Below are positions 58,137 through 64,000 of a DNA stretch of 64,000 nt, piece by piece (the stretch's first letter is position 1; the number at the start of each line of letters is the position of its first letter). The notes beneath the pieces were generated by a model. It saw only the letters and a program-made list of their open reading frames with translations. It was not told the DNA's origin and searched no databases. This DNA comes from an uncultured Rhodospirillaceae bacterium. Lineage in GTDB: Bacteria > Pseudomonadota > Alphaproteobacteria > MPNO01 > UBA830. The DNA is taken from positions 11,666 to 75,665 of the forward strand of contig CAXBCP010000023.1 in assembly GCA_963974055.1 (NCBI GenBank), written 5' to 3'. The translations under genes were made by a program, and so were the position numbers.

Positions 58137-58409
58137 ATGAAGTATCTTAAATATGTGACCGTGATCGCCGTGCCGCTGCTGTTTGCCGCGGGTTGCGAGA
58201 CGATGAACCAGAACGACAAGGCAATGCTTGAAAAAGCCAATGCCAGCTCGGCGGAAGCCAAAGCAGCGTCGATGAAAGCCTCGGCCGATGCCGCGGCCGC
58301 CGCCGCCGCCGCCCGTGCCGCCGCCGATGCCGCCAATCGTGCGGCTGCGGAAGCGAAAGCGGCCAGCGACAAGGCCGACCGGATCTTCCAGAAGGGTCTT
58401 CGCAAATAA
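58137..58409 (+). CDS. Alanine-zipper outer-membrane lipoprotein (Lpp/OprI-like)
   Basis: GGAGG RBS, lipobox FAAGC, Ala-rich coiled coil, ends QKGLRK. Confidence 0.8.
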   Translation: MKYLKYVTVIAVPLLFAAGCETMNQNDKAMLEKANASSAEAKAASMKASADAAAAAAAARAAADAANRAAAEAKAASDKADRIFQKGLRK

Positions 58410-58436
58410 AAACCGGGCTTTAGCCCGATTTTCCAG

Positions 58437-58473
58437 AAACGGCGCTTCCCACTACCGGGAAGCGCCGTTTTTT
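58437..58473. terminator. Bidirectional Rho-independent terminator
   Basis: AAACGGCGCTTCCC-ACTACC-GGGAAGCGCCGTTT-TTT between convergent genes. Confidence 0.85.
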
Positions 58474-58495
58474 ATTTGTCTGTGCTGTGGAGGCG

Positions 58496-59530
58496 TTACT
58501 GGGGAACGGTTTCCGGCGCTTCCGCCTGCCCGGATGCCGTTTCCGAGACCGATTTCGGCCTGAGTATCCCGATCGGAATACCGCGGCGTTCGACCGCCGC
58601 CTGTTTGGCCGCGTCCCAGTCGATCCGGTCGCTGTCTTCGCCGGCGGCCATCGCGATGAAATATTCGAATTCGGCCGGTTTCGCCGGCGTCAGCTTGCCG
58701 GTCTGTTCGACCTCGTCCGCCTGTTCCTGGCTCGGGTGGATTTCCAGCCAGAGCTGGTCGCCCTGGCGCGCCAGTTTCACGGGCTGGTCGACGACGGTGA
58801 CCGGCGTGCCGACTTTGATGTCGGGGAACAGCCGGGCGATATCCTCGGGATAGAGACGCACGCAGCCATGGCTGACGCGGCGGCCGACGCCATACGGCTT
58901 GTTGGTTCCGTGAAAAAGATAGGCGGGCCAGCCGAGATAGACCGCGTGGGTGCCGAGCGGGTTGTCCGGGCCGGGTTTGACGATTGCCGGCAGGTCGGGA
59001 TCCTGTTCGCGCACCGATTTGGGGACGTACCAGGTCGGCGCCTTTTTCTTGCGGACGACCTTGGTCGTTCCCTTGGGCGTGTCCCAGCCCGAATCGCCGA
59101 TGCCGAGCGGCACGGTGTCCACCGTCCGGCCGTCGGGCCGGAAAAAATACAGCCGCTGATCGGCAAGGTTGATGACCAGCCCTTCATGCAGTGCGGCGGG
59201 CAGGATATGGGCGGTCGGCAGCACGATTTTCTTGTCGGCGCCGGGCACCCACGGATCGATCCCCGGATTGGCCGACACGATTTCGGTGTAGCCGAGCCCG
59301 AATTTGCGGGCGAGGTCGACCAGGGAATCCTCGTAAACCGTCACATGGGTCTGCATTTTGCCGACGATCGACGGATAACCGGATGCTTCGGCCCCGGCGG
59401 CTTCCGCCCCGGTTGCGGTCCCGGGCTTCGCCGCATTTTCCATCGCTGCGCGGGCGGCCGCCGGCAGCGCCGACAGTCCGGCGGCGGCGGCAAGGGCGGA
59501 ACAGAATAGACGTCGATCGGTCTGTATCAT
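58496..59530 (-). CDS. L,D-transpeptidase (YkuD/ErfK/YcfS family), Tat-like signal
   Basis: RRLF twin-arginine-like signal, NPGIDPW, GPDNPLG, FHGTN...SHGCVRLYPEDI. Confidence 0.93.
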   Translation of the reverse strand: MIQTDRRLFCSALAAAAGLSALPAAARAAMENAAKPGTATGAEAAGAEASGYPSIVGKMQTHVTVYEDSLVDLARKFGLGYTEIVSANPGIDPWVPGADKKIVLPTAHILPAALHEGLVINLADQRLYFFRPDGRTVDTVPLGIGDSGWDTPKGTTKVVRKKKAPTWYVPKSVREQDPDLPAIVKPGPDNPLGTHAVYLGWPAYLFHGTNKPYGVGRRVSHGCVRLYPEDIARLFPDIKVGTPVTVVDQPVKLARQGDQLWLEIHPSQEQADEVEQTGKLTPAKPAEFEYFIAMAAGEDSDRIDWDAAKQAAVERRGIPIGILRPKSVSETASGQAEAPETVPQ

Positions 59531-59664
59531 CGGATCGCTTTCAGGATTAACCAGTCAAATATGTACGCGATTACACATTAGCAAGGGTTAAACCTTCGCT
59601 AAGCTGTTGACCACACACGAATATATGAACGCGTTTGCGCGGCGGAACCGCGTTTCGGGCGGTC

Positions 59665-60132
59665 TCACGCGTCTGCCGGCACGCCTTCCGGCAGGTGGCT
59701 GCCGCGCCCGTAGCGGCCGACGACTTCGCCGGTGGCCAGCAGGTTGCCGTCGGTATCGTGGACGTCGCAGGAGGCCACGAAAATCGTCTTTCCCGCCTTG
59801 CGGACCCGGGCGGTGGTCACCAGCGTGCCTTCGGTCGCGCTGCCGACCAGGTTGACGTTGAGCGAAATCGTCATCGCCTTGCGGGTATTGCCCGGCACGG
59901 CGCAGAAGATGCCGGCATGCGCGCCCGCGGTATCGATCAGCGACGCATAGACCCCGCCGTGAACGACGCTGATTCCGTTGCGGTGCATGTCCGAAATCGC
60001 AAGGTGGATGACGCAGCGATCCGGTCCCCATTCCGCAATTCGCGCGCCCATTTCGTCGAGGAAGCCGACGAAACGCTTCATTTCCCTTCCGGCGTCGTCC
60101 AGTACGGGGACGTCTATGGGAGCATCTGCCAT
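59665..60132 (-). CDS. PaaI family thioesterase
   Basis: NGISVVHGGVYASLIDTAG hotdog-fold motif. Confidence 0.9.
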   Translation of the reverse strand: MADAPIDVPVLDDAGREMKRFVGFLDEMGARIAEWGPDRCVIHLAISDMHRNGISVVHGGVYASLIDTAGAHAGIFCAVPGNTRKAMTISLNVNLVGSATEGTLVTTARVRKAGKTIFVASCDVHDTDGNLLATGEVVGRYGRGSHLPEGVPADA

Positions 60133-60269
60133 GACGAGAAATCCAATATGCGTCTATCGACGTAACCTGATAAACCAAATCGCCTTTGAATCAACCACTT
60201 ATGCGCGCGAATATCGACATGTGACGATTTTTGGCTATAGTGGCCGCGCCTAATTCTGGGGAACTTTCT

Positions 60270-60890
60270 ATGAAAAGAGTAATTGTCGGCATCACCGGTG
60301 CCACCGGCACGATTTACGGCGTGCGCCTGATGGAACTGATGAAAACCGATCCGGAGATCGAAATTCATCTCGTGATGAGCCGGTCTGCCAAGCTGACCCT
60401 GAAGATGGAGCACGACCTCGAGCTCGACTACATCAACGCCCTTGCCGACGAAGTCCACGACCCCGGCAATATCGGCGCGTCGATCTCGTCGGGCTCATTC
60501 CATTCCGAAGGCATGATTATCGCCCCGTGCTCCATCAAGACGATGTCGAATATCGCGGCCGGCAATACCGGCGACCTGATCAGCCGGGCGGCCGACGTGA
60601 TCCTGAAGGAACGCCGCACGCTGATCGTCGCGATCCGCGAAACCCCGCTCCATATCGGCCACCTCGAAAACCTGACCAAGCTGGCCCGCATCGGCGCGGT
60701 TATCTTTCCGCCCGTGCCGGCGTTCTATAACCGCCCGGCCTCGTTGCAGGATATCGTCGACCAGTCCTGCATGCGCATGCTCGACCAGTTGCACATCCAT
60801 CTCGAATCGGCGCCGCGCTGGGGCGAAGAGGGCGGCGTGCCCGCCGTCGGCCAGAAAATCGACGGCGGCAAGGCGGACAGCGCGGGCTAG
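60270..60890 (+). CDS. ubiX: Flavin prenyltransferase
   Basis: VGITGATG, ISSGS, APCSIKT, RAADVILKERR, RETP, PPVPAFY. Confidence 0.95.
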   Translation: MKRVIVGITGATGTIYGVRLMELMKTDPEIEIHLVMSRSAKLTLKMEHDLELDYINALADEVHDPGNIGASISSGSFHSEGMIIAPCSIKTMSNIAAGNTGDLISRAADVILKERRTLIVAIRETPLHIGHLENLTKLARIGAVIFPPVPAFYNRPASLQDIVDQSCMRMLDQLHIHLESAPRWGEEGGVPAVGQKIDGGKADSAG

Positions 60891-60957
60891 ACCATATTCC
60901 GCTTGCGCGGGGGAGCGGACCGGTGCCGTCAAAACCGGAAACGCCCCAGGCGCGGAC

Positions 60958-61749
60958 CTAGACGAATGCGACGCTGACCGATCCCAGCCGGTCGAGGGCG
61001 ATTTCTGCCGTGGCGGTTTCGCTTTCGACCCAGATCACCGGCGCGACCGAGCCGGTCAGTACGACCTGACCCGCGGTGAGTTGCTCGCCCTGCGCCGCCA
61101 GCGTGTTGGCAAGCCAGGAAAGGGCTTCGAACGGGTGGCCCATGACCTCGGCGCCGGTGCCGCTGCCTTTTTCCACCCCGTCGATCCGCGTCCGTCCAAC
61201 GAGAGCGGCGAGGTCGATATCGCGCCAGTCCGATATTTCCGCGCCCGGGACGCAGGCTTTGTGAAAAAAATCGTCGGCGACCAGTGTCGGCGTGCCGCGG
61301 GCGAGGAAATCGCCGTAGCGGTTCTCGACGATCTCGATCGCCGGGAAAACCGTATCGACGATATCGCCGACGCTGTCGCGCGTATACGCTCCGCCGGCCG
61401 AGTCCGCACCGATCCGCAGGCCGATTTCGCATTCGATGCCGGGATTGCAGAAGCCCGACGCAGCAAGGGACGTGCCGTTTTCATAAACATTGTCCGACAT
61501 CATCCGCCCGCAGGCCGGGCCGTCGACGCCGAGATAGGCCTGCATGGAACCGGTGGTGGCGCCGATTTTCCAGCCGGCGAGGGTACTGCCGGTGTGTTCC
61601 CGGAAATAATCGTGGAGCGCCGCCTGTACGGAATAGCCGTCTGCGATGCGTTCGGGGCGGTCGGCATCCGCAAGGTCGGGCACCGGCGCGGCCGCCAGCC
61701 GGGCGCCGCCGATCAGGGCGGCGCATCGGGAAATTGCGGCGGCATCCAT
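60958..61749 (-). CDS. 2-keto-4-pentenoate hydratase (FAH superfamily)
   Basis: GWKIGATT, IECEIG, PAIEIVENR, GHPFEALSWLAN, GQVVLTGS. Confidence 0.88.
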   Translation of the reverse strand: MDAAAISRCAALIGGARLAAAPVPDLADADRPERIADGYSVQAALHDYFREHTGSTLAGWKIGATTGSMQAYLGVDGPACGRMMSDNVYENGTSLAASGFCNPGIECEIGLRIGADSAGGAYTRDSVGDIVDTVFPAIEIVENRYGDFLARGTPTLVADDFFHKACVPGAEISDWRDIDLAALVGRTRIDGVEKGSGTGAEVMGHPFEALSWLANTLAAQGEQLTAGQVVLTGSVAPVIWVESETATAEIALDRLGSVSVAFV

Positions 61750-61751
61750 GA

Positions 61752-62471
61752 TCAGGTGACCGGTTTTTCGTCCTCGAAATTGGCGGCCTGTTTGCGCTCG
61801 TTGAGTTCCACCGCTTCGCGGCAGCGCTGCCAAAGCTGTTCGCCGTAATAGTCGGTGAAATCGTCGAACACGCGCTGGACCGGCACGTCTGACCACAGCC
61901 CGTGGCTGCGGACGTATTCCATGTGCTTGTGGCCGTGCTGGTCGAATTCCTGGAGCAGCGCGTCCTCGACCCCGTCGAATTCGGTCGGGGTGACGCCGAA
62001 CTTGTCGCACAGTTCGATATTGAACGCCGGCGCCGCCTTTACCCATTTGCCGTCGATCAGCATCACCGCGTAACCGTGGTGCAGGAACAGGGTCTTGCCG
62101 CCCATCGCCTCCGCCATGCGCGGGCTGCACATGTGGTTGGTGACGTCCGACAGGCCGATAGCGGTGGGAATGCCCGCGGCGCGGGTGACAGCGGCGAGCA
62201 GGGCGGCTTTCGGGATGCAATAGGCGGCACCCGTTTCCAGCACGTCGCTTGCCGAATAGGCTTCCGCCCGGTTGGTGATCCGGTAGGGATCGTAGCGCAC
62301 GGAATCTCGGACCGCGTAAAACGCCTGCACTGCCTTTTCCTTGTCGGTCGCCGCGCCATCGATCGCCTTGGCGGCGAATTCGGCGACGACCGGTTTGTCG
62401 AAGTCGAGAAACGGGGTGGGGCGGAGATATTCGTCCGTCGGTTCGGGATGGCCGGTTTCGAGAAATTCCAT
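61752..62471 (-). CDS. Transglutaminase-like cysteine protease domain protein
   Basis: VRDSVRYDPY, YCIPKA catalytic Cys, HHGY...IDGKW. Confidence 0.85.
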   Translation of the reverse strand: MEFLETGHPEPTDEYLRPTPFLDFDKPVVAEFAAKAIDGAATDKEKAVQAFYAVRDSVRYDPYRITNRAEAYSASDVLETGAAYCIPKAALLAAVTRAAGIPTAIGLSDVTNHMCSPRMAEAMGGKTLFLHHGYAVMLIDGKWVKAAPAFNIELCDKFGVTPTEFDGVEDALLQEFDQHGHKHMEYVRSHGLWSDVPVQRVFDDFTDYYGEQLWQRCREAVELNERKQAANFEDEKPVT

Positions 62472-62713
62472 GGATCTGCCTTGCTGCGCTGGTCGGGCGC
62501 GAAGATTAGGGGCCGGGAGCGGCGACGGCAAGCGGGTCTGTTTCGGGCCCGTGCATATCTGGGGCGCGCGATGGAGATGGCGCTGATGCATGCCGGTCGG
62601 CTAAGCTGCCGCACAATAATAAACCCGGTGGGGACGGAACGAAAAATGACATTAAAAACAGACACGGCCTGCGCACGGCCGGGCATTGCATCGGCTGCCG
62701 GAGTACGGGCCTG

Positions 62714-63613
62714 ATGGCGGCGCCCGCCGGCGGACCGGACCGGCACAGCCCCGTCGCCGGAATTCTCTGGATGGTGGCGGCCGCGCTCTGCTTTTCCGCT
62801 TCGCTTACCCTGATCAAAGCGGTGCAGGATGGCGGCATGACCGTGTTTCAGGCGGTCTTGTTCCGCCAGATTTTCGGCCTGATCGTTTTCACTCCCATCA
62901 TCCTGCGGGCCGGCGCCGCATCGATGAAGACGAGCGTGCCGTTCGGTCATTTCATGCGCGCGCTGCTCGGGATTATCGGCATGTGCACCGGCTATTATTC
63001 GCTGAACTTCATCAACGTCCCGGATTCGGTGGCGCTGCAGTTTACGCTGCCGATCTTCACGATGTTCTGCGCGATCCTGCTGCTGGGCGAAAAGCTCCGC
63101 TCGCATCGCGTGATCGCGACGCTGGTCGGGTTCGGCGGCGTGCTGATCATCGTGCGGCCCGGATTTTCGGAATTGAATCCGGGGATATTCCTGGCGCTGA
63201 CCGCGGCGGCGTTTTACGCGATGTCGGATACGATATCGCGGTGGCTCGCGCGCTACGACAAGCTGCCGTCGATCATGATGTGGAATTTCATCTTCATGAT
63301 TCCGATGGCCGGAATTCCCGCCGCTATCTGGTGGGTGACGCCGCAACCGGAAATCTGGCTGCACGCGTTCGCCTTCGCGGTCGCGGGCGTCGGCGCCCAG
63401 TTCTGCCTGACCCGTTCGTTCGGTCTCGCCGAAGCGAGTCTGGTGTCGCCGATCCTGTTCCTGCGCCTGCCGCTGATTGCGGTGATTTCGTTCTTCGCCT
63501 TCGGCCAGATCACGGAAATCTGGACCTGGGTCGGGGCCGCTGTCATCTTTATCGCGACAAGCTGGATGACCCGTGTGGAGACTCGGAAACCGGCCGCCGT
63601 GAAATCGGCTTAG
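62714..63613 (+). CDS. DMT/EamA family transporter
   Basis: About ten TM helices, FTLPIF...LGEK, GVLIIVRPG. Confidence 0.9.
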   Translation: MAAPAGGPDRHSPVAGILWMVAAALCFSASLTLIKAVQDGGMTVFQAVLFRQIFGLIVFTPIILRAGAASMKTSVPFGHFMRALLGIIGMCTGYYSLNFINVPDSVALQFTLPIFTMFCAILLLGEKLRSHRVIATLVGFGGVLIIVRPGFSELNPGIFLALTAAAFYAMSDTISRWLARYDKLPSIMMWNFIFMIPMAGIPAAIWWVTPQPEIWLHAFAFAVAGVGAQFCLTRSFGLAEASLVSPILFLRLPLIAVISFFAFGQITEIWTWVGAAVIFIATSWMTRVETRKPAAVKSA

Positions 63614-63649
63614 GGGCGCGGGACGCTGCGCGACGACAGGGGAGAGAGC

Positions 63650-64000
63650 ATGCCAGAGCCGGCGACATCCTGTACGGACGGCGATCTCGCGCATGCGGCG
63701 CTCATGCAGGCGGCGCGGGCGATGACCGAAACCGTGCGGTCGCGCGCCGCCGGGGCCGAGCGGAACCGGCGGCTTCACCGCGAAACCCATGAAGCGCTGC
63801 GCGACGGCGGATTCTACAAAATCCAGATGCCGGCCCGATATGGCGGGCTGGAGATGAGCCACCGGACGATGCTCGACGTATCGGTCGAACTCGGGCGCGG
63901 CTGCGGCTCCACGGCCTGGATTTTTTCGAACATAGCCGCCCAGAACGGGATCGTTGCCATGGCGTCCCGCCAGGCGCAGGACGATGTCTGGGCCGCCGAC
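63650..64000 (+). CDS. Acyl-CoA dehydrogenase-like flavin-dependent hydroxylase, 5' part
   Basis: AERNRRL...LRDGGFYKIQMPARYGGLE...ELGRGCGSTAW; runs off the window. Confidence 0.8.
   Translation, partial: MPEPATSCTDGDLAHAALMQAARAMTETVRSRAAGAERNRRLHRETHEALRDGGFYKIQMPARYGGLEMSHRTMLDVSVELGRGCGSTAWIFSNIAAQNGIVAMASRQAQDDVWAAD

Noticed and set aside
58260-58370. GCC-rich tandem-looking repeats
   Set aside because: These are poly-alanine codons of the alanine-zipper lipoprotein, not an independent repeat

Overview
High-GC alphaproteobacterial chromosome segment (Rhodospirillales-like gene order; taxon inferred). The housekeeping backbone holds an RND efflux operon with PadR, ppx-rlmE-guaB-GNAT-guaA, fni, yfgM-bamB-der, dnaB-alr-mlaEF-radA-cvpA-purF, cfa, manC, an L,D-transpeptidase and ubiX. 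A ~20.9 kb integrative element (3903-24831) is inserted at the 3' end of tRNA-Gln(CTG). It carries a large serine recombinase, an XRE/ImmA-type regulatory pair, a primase-ATPase replication module and candidate defence cargo: a type I R-M system, a PLD nuclease and a hypothetical+UvrD-like helicase pair. Main observations: (1) the att core TTGGCTG lies inside the recombinase reading frame, so the integrated enzyme ends in tRNA-antisense-encoded WLGNLDSNQD, while the excised circle would restore a 33-aa tail ending in a degron-like DAAA; (2) a perfect 52-bp palindrome forms a symmetric promoter over the recombinase start; (3) an unannotated sigma54-type sRNA candidate has three hairpins sharing the 10-nt loop AYGCCTACCC; (4) an Lpp/OprI-like lipoprotein with a C-terminal Lys lies next to an L,D-transpeptidase; (5) a stand-alone GcrA C-terminal domain is present; (6) alr appears to need a CTG start. 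All family assignments come from motif recognition by eye; no database search was run.
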